Positions 30,046 to 39,251 of a DNA stretch of 64,000 nt are shown piece by piece. The position numbers and the translations under genes are program-made. Below the pieces are notes generated by a model that did not search any database, was not told the origin of the DNA, and saw nothing but the letters and a program-made list of their open reading frames with translations. Within the stretch, counting starts at the first letter, position 1. Every line of letters begins with the position of its first letter. The stretch comes from Bacteroidota bacterium (lineage in GTDB: Bacteria; Bacteroidota; Bacteroidia; UKL13-3): assembly GCA_947477885.1 (NCBI GenBank), contig CANJUD010000004.1, positions 36,997 to 100,996 on the forward strand, written 5' to 3'.

Positions 30046-30639
30046 TCACTTCATCCGCAACCAACCCAACACCCGTCCATTGTTAATTTTAAACTTGTGG
30101 TAGGCTGACTCTAGACCCATATCCACCCGAGGTTTATCAAATACACCGGGATTTTGTTGTATAATAGTTATGCTGCTTTTATTCACCGCCGATATAATAG
30201 CTACATGTCCATAGGTGTTTCCAAAATGCCCATCTAATATTAATAAATCACCCACCTTGGGTTTTGAATTGCTAGGGTTTGAGAATTGTAATAAGTTTCT
30301 AGCTGCATTTAGTTCGCCATCCTTTACGTTTTTATTATAGAAATCTTTGCCATTACCATACGCATCGGGCATTTTGTGATGATAGTATTCATAATAATAT
30401 CGCTTCACAAATTCCACACATTGGTATTTCAAGCCAATATTATAACCGTCCTTAGCGGTGTTCCTTCCTTCAGTGTGGCTCACACGGCCATTATAATATA
30501 CATATACGCCATTCAAACTATCTACTTTGTCTCCAATATGAAAAGTAGGATTGGGGCTGCTTGTTTCAATGCGATGATATATAAAATAACTACTAGCAAT
30601 TAGTACAACAGATATTAATATAATATATAGCTTTTTCAT
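30046..30639 (-). CDS. Secreted CHAP-domain amidase/peptidase
   Basis: Signal peptide. CHAP Cys (YQCVEFVKRY) and His (GHVAIISAV) motifs. Confidence 0.75.
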   Translation of the reverse strand: MKKLYIILISVVLIASSYFIYHRIETSSPNPTFHIGDKVDSLNGVYVYYNGRVSHTEGRNTAKDGYNIGLKYQCVEFVKRYYYEYYHHKMPDAYGNGKDFYNKNVKDGELNAARNLLQFSNPSNSKPKVGDLLILDGHFGNTYGHVAIISAVNKSSITIIQQNPGVFDKPRVDMGLESAYHKFKINNGRVLGWLRMK

Positions 30640-30758
30640 GAGGTGTATTGCAAAGATAATGTCAAAGTATGAGGTGCAAAATTAGCAACTCAAATTACCC
30701 CGACACAAATTGTCAAAACCACCCAATACATTTGCCATTTCAACAAAATATATGAAAT

Positions 30759-31274
30759 ATGCAAATACAAGTTATCCAAAAGAAAATTTATGAAATAAGA
30801 GATCAAAAGGTAATGATGGATTTTGATTTATCAGAACTGTACGAAACCGAAACCAAATACTTGAAAAGAGCAGTAAAGGCAAACCTCAAAAGGTTCCCAC
30901 CTGATTTTATGTTTGAACTTACTAAAAAGGAATTCGAAACTTTGAGGTGCAATTTTAGCACCTCAAAAAAAGGAGGAACTCGGTATATGCCTTTTGCATT
31001 TACTGAACAAGGCGTGGCAATGCTAAGTGCAGTGCTCAACTCCGATAAAGCCATTGATGTAAATATATCTATTATAAGAGCCTTTGTTATGATGCGGCAA
31101 TTTGCTATAAACTATAAAGACTTAGCAGATAAAATTGCCAAACTTGAAAAGAAAAATAACAAGCAATTTAAAGATGTATATGAAGCACTCAACTTGTTAT
31201 TATCAGATAAAGAAACTGAAATAGATTTTGAGAGCAGAGAACGGATAGGATATAAACAAGCGATTGCAAGTTGA
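30759..31274 (+). CDS. ORF6N domain-containing protein (phage antirepressor-like)
   Basis: Sequence IYEIRDQKVMMDFDLSELYETETKYLKRAVKANLKRFPPDFMFELTKKE is typical of ORF6N / KilA-N-related proteins. Confidence 0.75.
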   Translation: MQIQVIQKKIYEIRDQKVMMDFDLSELYETETKYLKRAVKANLKRFPPDFMFELTKKEFETLRCNFSTSKKGGTRYMPFAFTEQGVAMLSAVLNSDKAIDVNISIIRAFVMMRQFAINYKDLADKIAKLEKKNNKQFKDVYEALNLLLSDKETEIDFESRERIGYKQAIAS

Positions 31275-31363
31275 TTGCTACTAATGACGATGTGGTGATA
31301 TGGTGAGCAGCCTGCACTGAGAGATAGCCGAAGTGAAGTCGAACCACGAACCATACTCAAAAC

Positions 31364-31693
31364 TTAATTAGTAGGGTGCCCACTATCATACCAAGTCTTG
31401 AAAACTTCAAGCTCGCTCGCACTCAACTTTTGCCTAGGCATACTCCTTCTAGTATATATAACTTTGTATAATTGGCTTATATTGTTTTCTATCGTAGTAG
31501 CATCATAAGGATTGTATTCCCATCTGCCCGCATCACTGGCATTGGGGCGGTGACAGCCTCCGCAGTGGTTATCGAACCAAGGTCGCATTGTGGTATTTGC
31601 AAATACAGTTGGGCTTGAATGGGTGCATGAGTATAACAAAGTAGCAACAACTGCGAGTGCGAAAAATACGAGGGTTATTTTTTTTATGGTATT
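31364..31693 (-). CDS. Small cytochrome c-like lipoprotein (CxxCH)
   Basis: Heme-binding CGGCH plus distal RSMP (Met ligand). The ORF as tracked starts at TTG 31639. The in-frame upstream extension encodes KKITLVFFALAVVATLLYSC, a signal peptide and lipobox, with no ATG, next to an A8 homopolymer. The 5' end is uncertain. Confidence 0.55.
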   Translation of the reverse strand, partial: NTIKKITLVFFALAVVATLLYSCTHSSPTVFANTTMRPWFDNHCGGCHRPNASDAGRWEYNPYDATTIENNISQLYKVIYTRRSMPRQKLSASELEVFKTWYDSGHPTN

Positions 31694-31924
31694 ATATATA
31701 TTGCTTGTATTTGTTATTACGAAAGTTATTATAATAGGGTGGGGTAGTAGGTTTGTAAATCGTATGCTTCTCCCGATCCGAATAAGATTCGGATTTATTC
31801 GGGACCGCTCAGCATGGCAATCGTCATCGTAAATTCACCGCCTTTTTTTCATGACCATCATCATCTTTTGAAAGTACATAAGCCATACTTTCCACTAAAC
31901 GGCTAAAAAGTCTTATAACACCAT

Positions 31925-31945
31925 CAGGATATATATTTGCTAACC
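31925..31945 (+). promoter_or_regulatory. Putative Bacteroidetes sigma-A -7 box (TAnnTTTG) upstream of clpB
   Basis: TATATTTG motif about 15-20 nt upstream of the clpB ATG. Confidence 0.3.
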
Positions 31946-31957
31946 GATTTCACAATT

Positions 31958-34594
31958 ATGAATCTTAACAATTTTACCATCAAAAGTCAGGAAGCCATAC
32001 AGAAGGCTCAGGAACTTGCAGCCAGCAGCGATCACCAAGCTATCGAGACTGGCCACTTGCTCAAAGGAATTCTGCTCGAAGACCAAAACGCCATCCCATT
32101 CATCATGAAAAAACTGAATATGAATGTGAATCGAGTATCACAAACAGTAGATGTTATTGTAAGCAGTTATCCCAAAGTGAGTGGCTCTACAAATGGGCAA
32201 TATCTAAGCAATACTGCCCAACAAGTTTTAACCAAAGCACAATCAGAAGCTACATCTATGAAAGATGAATATGTTTCTGTTGAACATATATTAATGGCAT
32301 TATTAGCCAATAAAGATCAAGTAGCACAGATGCTAAAAGATGCAGGTGCTACAGAAAAAGATTTGAAAAAAGCTATCATAGAATTGCGTGGCGGAAATCC
32401 GATTACGAACGCAAACGCCGAAGAAACTTATAATGCATTAAATAAATATGCACGTAACCTCAACGAACTGGCATCAGCCGGAAAGCTTGACCCTGTAATA
32501 GGTCGCGATGATGAAATACGCAGGGTATTACAAATATTGTCACGTCGTACCAAAAACAATCCTGTATTAATAGGCGAACCTGGTGTAGGAAAAACTGCCA
32601 TTGCCGAAGGACTTGCACACAGAATTGTAAATGGCGATGTACCCGAAAATTTGAAATCGAAAACAGTTTTTAGTTTGGATATGGGTTCACTCATTGCAGG
32701 TGCAAAATTTAAAGGGGAATTTGAAGAAAGATTAAAAGCTGTAATAAAAGAAGTAATAGGCAGCGATGGCCAAGTAGTATTATTTATTGATGAAATACAT
32801 ACACTGGTAGGAGCAGGGGCAGGTGGCGACAGTGCCATGGACGCTGCCAATATATTAAAGCCCGCACTTGCCCGTGGCGAGCTTCGTGCCATTGGTGCAA
32901 CTACGCTTGCCGAATATCAAAAGTATATAGAAAAAGACAAAGCATTGGAACGTCGTTTCCAAAAAGTATATGTGGATGAACCCGATACCGAAGATGCAAT
33001 TGCGATATTGCGTGGATTAAAAGAACGCTATGAAGTGCATCACAAAGTGCGTATAAAAGATGAAGCTATTATAGCTGCCGTTGAACTTTCACAAAGATAT
33101 ATAAATGATCGTTTCCTGCCCGATAAAGCTATTGACTTAATAGACGAAGCCGCTGCAAAATTGCGTATCGAAATTGATTCTGTTCCAGAAGCATTGGATG
33201 AAATTGAACGCAGAATCATGCAATTGGAAATTGAGCGTGAGGCCATCAAACGTGAAGGTATGGAAGGTAAAGTAAAAGATATAGCAGCCGAACTTGCCAA
33301 CCTAAACGATGAACGAAATAGTATGAAAGCGAAGTGGCAAGGAGAGAAAGCTGTAGTAGAAGGCATACAAAAAAAGAAAGAAGAAATAGAACAACTTAAG
33401 CACGAAGCCGACCAAGCTGAGCGTGCCGGAAACTATGGACTGGTAGCAGAAATTCGTTATGGTAGAATAAAAGAAACAGAAGAAGCATTGGAAAAATTCC
33501 AAAGCAAATTGAACGATATACAACATGATAACCCCATGGTGAAAGAGGAGGTTGATAGTGAAGATATAGCAGGCGTAGTAAGCCGTTGGACGGGCATTCC
33601 TGTTACACGTATGCTACAAAGTGAAAAAGAAAAACTATTACATTTAGAAGCTGAATTGCATAAAAGAGTAGTAGGGCAGGATGAAGCTATTGAAGCCATA
33701 TCAGATGCGATACGCAGGAGCAGAGCAGGATTGGGCGATCCAAAAAAACCAATTGGTTCGTTTATATTTTTAGGAACTACTGGTGTTGGAAAAACAGAAT
33801 TAGCAAAAGCATTGGCGGAATTTTTATTCAACCAAGATACAGCGATGGTAAGAATTGATATGAGTGAATACCAAGAGAAACATACAGTAAGTCGTTTGAT
33901 TGGAGCTCCTCCTGGATATGTAGGTTACGAAGAAGGTGGACAGTTGACCGAAGCAGTTCGTCGTCGTCCATACAGTGTGGTGTTGTTAGACGAAATTGAA
34001 AAAGCACATCCTGATGTATTTAATATATTATTACAAGTTTTAGATGATGGGCATTTAACCGATAACAAAGGCCGCACAGCCAATTTCAAAAATACAATTG
34101 TTATAATGACCAGCAATATTGGTAGTCATATTATACAAGAGAATTACGAAAACTATGATCCTGCAAAAGCTGAAGAAATATCAGCAAAAACCAAAAACCA
34201 ATTGATGGATGTATTGCGTAAAACCATACGTCCTGAGTTTTTAAATAGGATTGATGATATAATCATGTTCGAACCTTTAACACGTGAAAACGTGGAAGAA
34301 ATTGTGCAATTACAATTCAAACATTTGCAAAAACAATTAAAAGAACATGATATTCAATTGGATGCTACTATGGAATCATTAGAATGGTTAGCTCAACTTG
34401 GTTATGACCCCACACTCGGTGCACGCCCCTTGAAACGCGTATTGCAAAAGAAAGTAATGAACGAACTAAGCAAACAAATACTAGCAGGTAATGTGAAAAA
34501 AGACAGCCATATTATGATGAGTTTGGATGAGGGGAAGAATTTGGTTTTTAAAGAAGTGCCCTTCGACTCCGCTCAGGGTGACAACAAGGAGTAA
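31958..34594 (+). CDS. clpB: ATP-dependent chaperone ClpB
   Basis: Clp N domain, two AAA+ modules (GEPGVGKT Walker A twice), M-domain coiled coil, C-terminal D2-small domain. Confidence 0.95.
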   Translation: MNLNNFTIKSQEAIQKAQELAASSDHQAIETGHLLKGILLEDQNAIPFIMKKLNMNVNRVSQTVDVIVSSYPKVSGSTNGQYLSNTAQQVLTKAQSEATSMKDEYVSVEHILMALLANKDQVAQMLKDAGATEKDLKKAIIELRGGNPITNANAEETYNALNKYARNLNELASAGKLDPVIGRDDEIRRVLQILSRRTKNNPVLIGEPGVGKTAIAEGLAHRIVNGDVPENLKSKTVFSLDMGSLIAGAKFKGEFEERLKAVIKEVIGSDGQVVLFIDEIHTLVGAGAGGDSAMDAANILKPALARGELRAIGATTLAEYQKYIEKDKALERRFQKVYVDEPDTEDAIAILRGLKERYEVHHKVRIKDEAIIAAVELSQRYINDRFLPDKAIDLIDEAAAKLRIEIDSVPEALDEIERRIMQLEIEREAIKREGMEGKVKDIAAELANLNDERNSMKAKWQGEKAVVEGIQKKKEEIEQLKHEADQAERAGNYGLVAEIRYGRIKETEEALEKFQSKLNDIQHDNPMVKEEVDSEDIAGVVSRWTGIPVTRMLQSEKEKLLHLEAELHKRVVGQDEAIEAISDAIRRSRAGLGDPKKPIGSFIFLGTTGVGKTELAKALAEFLFNQDTAMVRIDMSEYQEKHTVSRLIGAPPGYVGYEEGGQLTEAVRRRPYSVVLLDEIEKAHPDVFNILLQVLDDGHLTDNKGRTANFKNTIVIMTSNIGSHIIQENYENYDPAKAEEISAKTKNQLMDVLRKTIRPEFLNRIDDIIMFEPLTRENVEEIVQLQFKHLQKQLKEHDIQLDATMESLEWLAQLGYDPTLGARPLKRVLQKKVMNELSKQILAGNVKKDSHIMMSLDEGKNLVFKEVPFDSAQGDNKE
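34434..34557 (+). repeat. Direct repeat copy 1 (within the clpB 3' end); candidate attL
   Basis: ~124 bp matching 39126-39249 at ~89-90% identity (13 mismatches by eye). Confidence 0.8.
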
Positions 34595-34650
34595 GGAGGA
34601 GGGGTCTATCTTTAATTAGCTGTACCAATAGTTAAAGTTATATTATAATA

Positions 34651-34700
34651 AAAGACGAAAGGTGTAGTTTATACTATTGGCTTTCGTCTTTTTGTTTTTC
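34651..34700 (+). terminator. Rho-independent terminator after clpB
   Basis: AGACGAAAGG...(loop)...CTTTCGTCTTTTTGTTTTT stem-loop followed by a T-run. Confidence 0.7.
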
Positions 34701-35070
34701 TACCGCGTCATCCGATAGCTATCGGATGCGAGGAACGAAGCAATCTCATCCTAAGCAGAATATATTATATAATAGTATATAAGGGAGTTATTAAGAAATG
34801 TTAAAACTGGAAAACTATTTGGAAAGATTGTATTTATAGGATATTATTGCAAGTGTATAGGTAGTTGTTTATGAAAAGTATATAAAAGTTAGCTCCAACA
34901 TTTTTGAAAAATTGTTAACCATAATATTTCTGCAATAAACAAACTGACCAAGACAAAACACTGCCAATAATTAACGTAAGTAGCCGGCCATAATTTTAAT
35001 ATTTCACAGCGACATGGTTTGGCGTTTGCGGATTCTATTTTTGCATCGTAACAATCAAATCATTGTCAAA

Positions 35071-35772
35071 ATGAAAATTCAAAAGCATGAAACGCCACAG
35101 CAAAAAGAAAAAGAAATAGAACACCTTTCTTTTATTCAATCAAATGGTTCAGTAAGTAAATATGGACTTGAAACTTTCTTTGAGAAAACTTTCAATTGTT
35201 TAAAAGAAGAACTTCAACGATTGAGGAACACAATTTACGATTACAACCAGCATGAATACATTTTTGCCCTAAATGAAAGGGCTTGGGTAGGTGCATTTAA
35301 CAATGCTATTTTGAGAGCACTTCCCGATAGCACTGTTACACTGCAAGAGTTTGGAGTTTACGACAAAAAACATTTCATCGGCAGAGCTGATTTTCTTGTT
35401 TATTGGAAGGATAAAAATAACAAGCCGCTTTATCTTCTTTTTGAAGCCAAGCAGTATGAGGAGACAATCAAATCAGAATTGCTTGATGATGCAACCGAGT
35501 ATCTGCATACTGTAAGAATACAAGGACAAAAATATTTTGATGCAGAAGAAGAAACTGAATACTATAAAGATAAAAATGTTTTAGTTATTCCAATTGCTTT
35601 TGGTTGGATAAGAAAACCAGACTTTTTAAATGAGGCAAAAAAATATTTTGAAGGTGGAGAAAAGAAAGATAAGTCAACAGATTTTTGCTCTTTGTATTTT
35701 GAAGGTGAGCATGGTGCTTGGGTTTATGGGAAAATTTATGATGCAAGAGAATCAATTACTCTTTTAAAATAA
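35071..35772 (+). CDS. Hypothetical PD-(D/E)xK-like nuclease-fold protein
   Basis: RADFLVYW...LYLLFEAKQ fits a D-x(n)-hhh-E-x-K core. Paralog of 50749-51405 (shared W.G..N.AI, LQEF, R.DF, LFE.K, YYKD, P.I.FG, TDFC..Y.....WVYGKI blocks). Stop overlaps the WYL gene start (TAATG). Confidence 0.55.
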   Translation: MKIQKHETPQQKEKEIEHLSFIQSNGSVSKYGLETFFEKTFNCLKEELQRLRNTIYDYNQHEYIFALNERAWVGAFNNAILRALPDSTVTLQEFGVYDKKHFIGRADFLVYWKDKNNKPLYLLFEAKQYEETIKSELLDDATEYLHTVRIQGQKYFDAEEETEYYKDKNVLVIPIAFGWIRKPDFLNEAKKYFEGGEKKDKSTDFCSLYFEGEHGAWVYGKIYDARESITLLK

Positions 35773-36689
35773 TGTCTAAGCGAGGTTACGTATCAAGATA
35801 CTTGCTCATTCTGAAAAAACTGAAAGCAAAACCTTACAGTTCTTATGAGGAAATGCAAAATTATTTTGACAATCAGATTGATTACTTGCAAATGCAGGAT
35901 GATACATTGAGCATTGGTTTTTCAAAGCGAACATTTCAACGTGATATAAGGGAAATACGAAATCTATTTGGAGTGGATATAGAATATTCAAAATCCGAAA
36001 AAGGCTATTTTATTTCGCAGAGTGAGATGGAGAACATGAACTTTCAAAGAATGATTGAAACATTTGATATGTTTAACTCATTAAATTTTTCTCAGGACTC
36101 GAAGCCATTTATACATTTGGAAAAACGGAGACCCCAAGGAACAGAAAATTTATACGGACTGCTTCATGCAATCAAAAACAAATTGCAGATAAAATTTTCT
36201 TATCAGAAATTTTGGGATGAAGAATCAAGTACTCGGACAGCAGAACCTTATGCCCTAAAAGAGTTTAAGAATCGTTGGTATGTTTTAGCAAATGACATGA
36301 AGGAAGGACTAATCAAAAGTTTTGCTCTTGATCGTTTGGCAAATCTTGATATTACAAAAAAGTCATTCTTCTATCCTGAAAATTTTGATATTGAAGAAAA
36401 CTATCGCTACTGTTTTGGAATCATTAGCCCAAATGGAAAAGAACCGCAAGAAATAATTTTATCCTTTGACCCACTTCAAGGCAAATACATCAAATCATTG
36501 CCTTTGCACGATACACAAAAAGTTTTGGTTGACAACGAAGAAGAACTTCAAATAAAATTAACTTTATGTATCACCTTTGATTTTGTAATGGAACTTTTAT
36601 CATTCGGTGATCACATGAAAGTTGTTAAACCAAAATCACTGATAAAAGAAATTAAAGAAGCACATCAGAGAGCATTCAAACAATACTAA
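35772..36689 (+). CDS. WYL-domain transcriptional regulator with N-terminal HTH
   Basis: N-terminal DeoR/HTH-like segment (RTFQRDIREIRNLFG). Central WYL motif (FKNRWYVLANDMKEGLIKSFALDRLANL). Architecture of BrxR/CapW-type regulators. Confidence 0.75.
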   Translation: MSKRGYVSRYLLILKKLKAKPYSSYEEMQNYFDNQIDYLQMQDDTLSIGFSKRTFQRDIREIRNLFGVDIEYSKSEKGYFISQSEMENMNFQRMIETFDMFNSLNFSQDSKPFIHLEKRRPQGTENLYGLLHAIKNKLQIKFSYQKFWDEESSTRTAEPYALKEFKNRWYVLANDMKEGLIKSFALDRLANLDITKKSFFYPENFDIEENYRYCFGIISPNGKEPQEIILSFDPLQGKYIKSLPLHDTQKVLVDNEEELQIKLTLCITFDFVMELLSFGDHMKVVKPKSLIKEIKEAHQRAFKQY

Positions 36690-36790
36690 ATCAAGCAAAT
36701 TTGAACGGATAGTATATTATTTCAAATCACTGTTTGGTATACATCATGAAATAATAGAAACAACGAAAATGACACTAATAAAAAACATAT

Positions 36791-37402
36791 ATGAACAAAA
36801 TAATTGAGAGCCATTTTATACTTGGACAAGATAGTAAACTCACTAATCTTATTATTGAAGCTTTTGGCAGTAATTGGGATGAAAAAGATCTGGGTCAAAA
36901 TGGACATATTGTTTTTCTTGATATAGAACCAATACAGACTATTATTTCCTCTATAAGTTCAAGTTCTGAGCCTAAATTAGAAAAGCCATCCTTCTCAGAC
37001 TATTTAAAAAAGATTGATTATTCAAACTTTGATAATCTTTTGTTGCTTGTTTCTACTTATTCGTGGGGTGACTATGAGGAAATCTTGAAGAAAGTAAATA
37101 ACACATTCGGATTTGAGAATAAACATCTTGACATGGTGTTGAAGGAAACAAATGGATTGCTTATATACTCATACCAATTGGAAAACTTGTTCATTATGGC
37201 AACAGGCTCTGACATGGAACAAGCAGTTACTTTCAGAAAAGATATCAATAAGAAAAAGGCTATCACATTTGAAGAATCTAAAAAAATGAAATTATTCGGC
37301 ACCACATTGCATGCAATTATGGAGGACAGGATGCCACTAATAGGGACTCGTTATGGTAGGTATTCCGAAACATATAAATTGTATCAGTATCTGAATTTAT
37401 AG
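36791..37402 (+). CDS. Hypothetical protein (203 aa), third gene of the putative WYL operon
   Basis: ORF with a coding-like look and no recognisable motif. Convergent with the PIN gene. Confidence 0.45.
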   Translation: MNKIIESHFILGQDSKLTNLIIEAFGSNWDEKDLGQNGHIVFLDIEPIQTIISSISSSSEPKLEKPSFSDYLKKIDYSNFDNLLLLVSTYSWGDYEEILKKVNNTFGFENKHLDMVLKETNGLLIYSYQLENLFIMATGSDMEQAVTFRKDINKKKAITFEESKKMKLFGTTLHAIMEDRMPLIGTRYGRYSETYKLYQYLNL

Positions 37403-37404
37403 TT

Positions 37405-37914
37405 TTATTTTGCTAGCTTTTTTAATTTCCTAATCAACTTTTCAATCTCATCCAATGGTAAGCGATCATTCACAGTTTTAAGTATCTCTAAAAATCTAAT
37501 ACCTACCTCGGGTGAAATTATTTTTTGTTCTACTATAATTTGTATTACCCACAAACTCCCATGTACTATAACACCTTGTTCAAGTGCTTCATTTCGTAAC
37601 TTTGCATCACCTGTAAGCAGCGGACAGTTCAATTGCTTTGCTTTCCATAATACTGTTTTATCAATCAGCGTTTTGAAAAACCTCGTCGTTTTTAAATTTT
37701 GTACCTCATCAATTTCCTGTTCAGTTAGTTCAAATACTATAAGTTTTTGCGAGCGAATAAACATTTCAATTTGCTCTTTCTGTTCCGATTCTAATATTTC
37801 GCCTTTTACAAAATCTGTTGTGCATATTTCAAAATCCAACGCAAAGAACTCAGGCAATGCCTGAATCTTTATGATATCAAAAAACACACTCGAATCTGTA
37901 ATTACTAGTTTCAT
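37405..37914 (-). CDS. PIN-like domain protein (DUF4411-type), partner of ImmA/IrrE peptidase
   Basis: MKLVITDSSVFFDII, a PIN-like acidic N-terminus. The internal ATG at 37914-37912 overlaps the upstream gene's TGA as ATGA. Confidence 0.6.
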   Translation of the reverse strand: MKLVITDSSVFFDIIKIQALPEFFALDFEICTTDFVKGEILESEQKEQIEMFIRSQKLIVFELTEQEIDEVQNLKTTRFFKTLIDKTVLWKAKQLNCPLLTGDAKLRNEALEQGVIVHGSLWVIQIIVEQKIISPEVGIRFLEILKTVNDRLPLDEIEKLIRKLKKLAK

Positions 37915-38981
37915 ACTATCTGGTGTAATTGCTCCCGAAACTTCCATGCTGATACGCCGAGATAATAAGCCGCTTCATTTACTGTTAAAATTTCTTTTGA
38001 TAAGCCGAGATACACCAAACGCTCCATTCGCACAGGTTTTTCTTTACTCATATATCGTCCCGGTTCATTCAAACTCAACTTTCTTTCTTTATAGCCTATA
38101 TTAAATCTTCTATATATATAATCTGTAATAATTTTTAAATGCAATGCTCTCGAAAATATAGCAGTGAAAGAAATTCCCCACCGTTCTTTAATCAATACCA
38201 ATTCGTTTTGATAGAAATGAAAACGGTCTTTGCTTAATTCTTTCAAAGCCATATCAGCAGGATATAGAACAGCACTGGCAAAAGCATGACACAATTTTTC
38301 GGTTTCTTTATCAGTTAATTTATCCGAAAAATTTAGTGCGTGGTGAGCCAATTCATGCATTGCGGTAAATCGTTTTCTAACCACATCTTCTCCAGGCTTT
38401 TTACTTTTTCTTAGAACAATAATTTTATGATTGTCAACATCTGCTTTCATTCCATCAAAGCCATCGGGAGCATCTAATTCAATGACCTTGTAACCTTTGT
38501 CTTCCAGCATTTCAACCACATCGGCTATTGGATCATATCCCAGTTTCCATTTGTTTCTTAGCTCTTTTGCAGCGGCTTCTGCATCATCTGCATTATATAT
38601 AACTTTATCATAACTGAAATATTCTGATTTTTCTTGAGGGCTTATCAGATGCTCTAATTCCAAATAGCTTTCGCAACTTTCTTTTGCTTTTTCCTCAATA
38701 GCAATTTGCTCTGTTTTTGAAATTTTAGTAATATATTTTCGGTAGTCCACATTTGTGAGTTCCACATTTACTGCAGGAACTGAATAAAAATAATCAGCAG
38801 GAATACTCAAAGCATTTGCTAAGGCAAGTAATACCTTACTATCGGGTTTCATTTTACCTTGTTCGTATTTATGCAATGCCTGACGAGAAACAACTTTTTC
38901 AAGTTTGTTTTCTAAGTCCTGCAAGGACATACCTGCCATCTTCCGGGCCGACACCAGTTTATTTCCAAATACATTTTCCAT
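37911..38981 (-). CDS. Fused XRE-family HTH / ImmA-IrrE (COG2856) metallopeptidase
   Basis: N-terminal HTH_XRE (LVSARKMAGMSLQDLENKL...SRQALHKYEQG). Zn-peptidase HExxH (AMHELAHHALNF) in a DUF955/ImmA-like domain. Confidence 0.8.
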   Translation of the reverse strand: MENVFGNKLVSARKMAGMSLQDLENKLEKVVSRQALHKYEQGKMKPDSKVLLALANALSIPADYFYSVPAVNVELTNVDYRKYITKISKTEQIAIEEKAKESCESYLELEHLISPQEKSEYFSYDKVIYNADDAEAAAKELRNKWKLGYDPIADVVEMLEDKGYKVIELDAPDGFDGMKADVDNHKIIVLRKSKKPGEDVVRKRFTAMHELAHHALNFSDKLTDKETEKLCHAFASAVLYPADMALKELSKDRFHFYQNELVLIKERWGISFTAIFSRALHLKIITDYIYRRFNIGYKERKLSLNEPGRYMSKEKPVRMERLVYLGLSKEILTVNEAAYYLGVSAWKFREQLHQIV

Positions 38982-39008
38982 TGTTTTATTTATATGAGCA
39001 CTTTAATT

Positions 39009-39044
39009 GTTGACAAAAGTACCATATTTTTTAGAATTGTCAAC
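39009..39044. promoter_or_regulatory. Inverted repeat GTTGACAA-N20-TTGTCAAC in the promoter region of the HTH/ImmA gene (candidate operator)
   Basis: Perfect 8-bp inverted repeat seen directly ~30-60 bp upstream of the minus-strand start at 38981. A GTCAAC half-site recurs at ~39085. Confidence 0.4.
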
Positions 39045-39125
39045 CAATAAATTTTAACAAATTTTAAACAGTAAGCAAAAGGAATGGTCAACTACTTGCT
39101 TCATTCTAAGTAGATATTGACTCTA

Positions 39126-39251
39126 AAACGTGTATTACAAAAGAAAGTAATGAACGAACTCAGCAAACAAATCTTAGCGGGCAATGTGAAAAAGGACAGT
39201 CATATGATGATGAGTTTGGATGAAGGGAAGAATTTGGTGTTTAAGGAAGTA
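39126..39251 (+). pseudogene. clpB: Relic 3' fragment of clpB (direct repeat copy 2); candidate attR
   Basis: In-frame translation RVLQKKVMNELSKQILAGNVKKDSHMMMSLDEGKNLVFKEV* matches the ClpB C-terminus encoded at 34437-34557. No upstream ORF. Confidence 0.8.

Noticed and set aside
29735-30103. 122-aa plus-strand ORF in the mpl–CHAP intergenic region
   Set aside because: Low-complexity, Leu/Pro/Arg-rich, no start context. Lies in a GC-rich region better explained as structured RNA or repeats. Treated as non-coding.
31290-31363. tRNA-like fragment (GGTTCGTGGTTCGACTTCAC on the minus strand)
   Set aside because: No GGTTCGAATCC-type T-arm or acceptor stem, and no cloverleaf could be built. Probably chance similarity. 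No tRNA genes were found in any intergenic gap of the window.
31700-31957. Possible CIRCE/heat-shock operator upstream of clpB
   Set aside because: No TTAGCACTC-N9-GAGTGCTAA-like element is present. Only a small CCGAATAAGATTCGG palindrome and a TAnnTTTG -7 box were seen, so no heat-shock operator is claimed.
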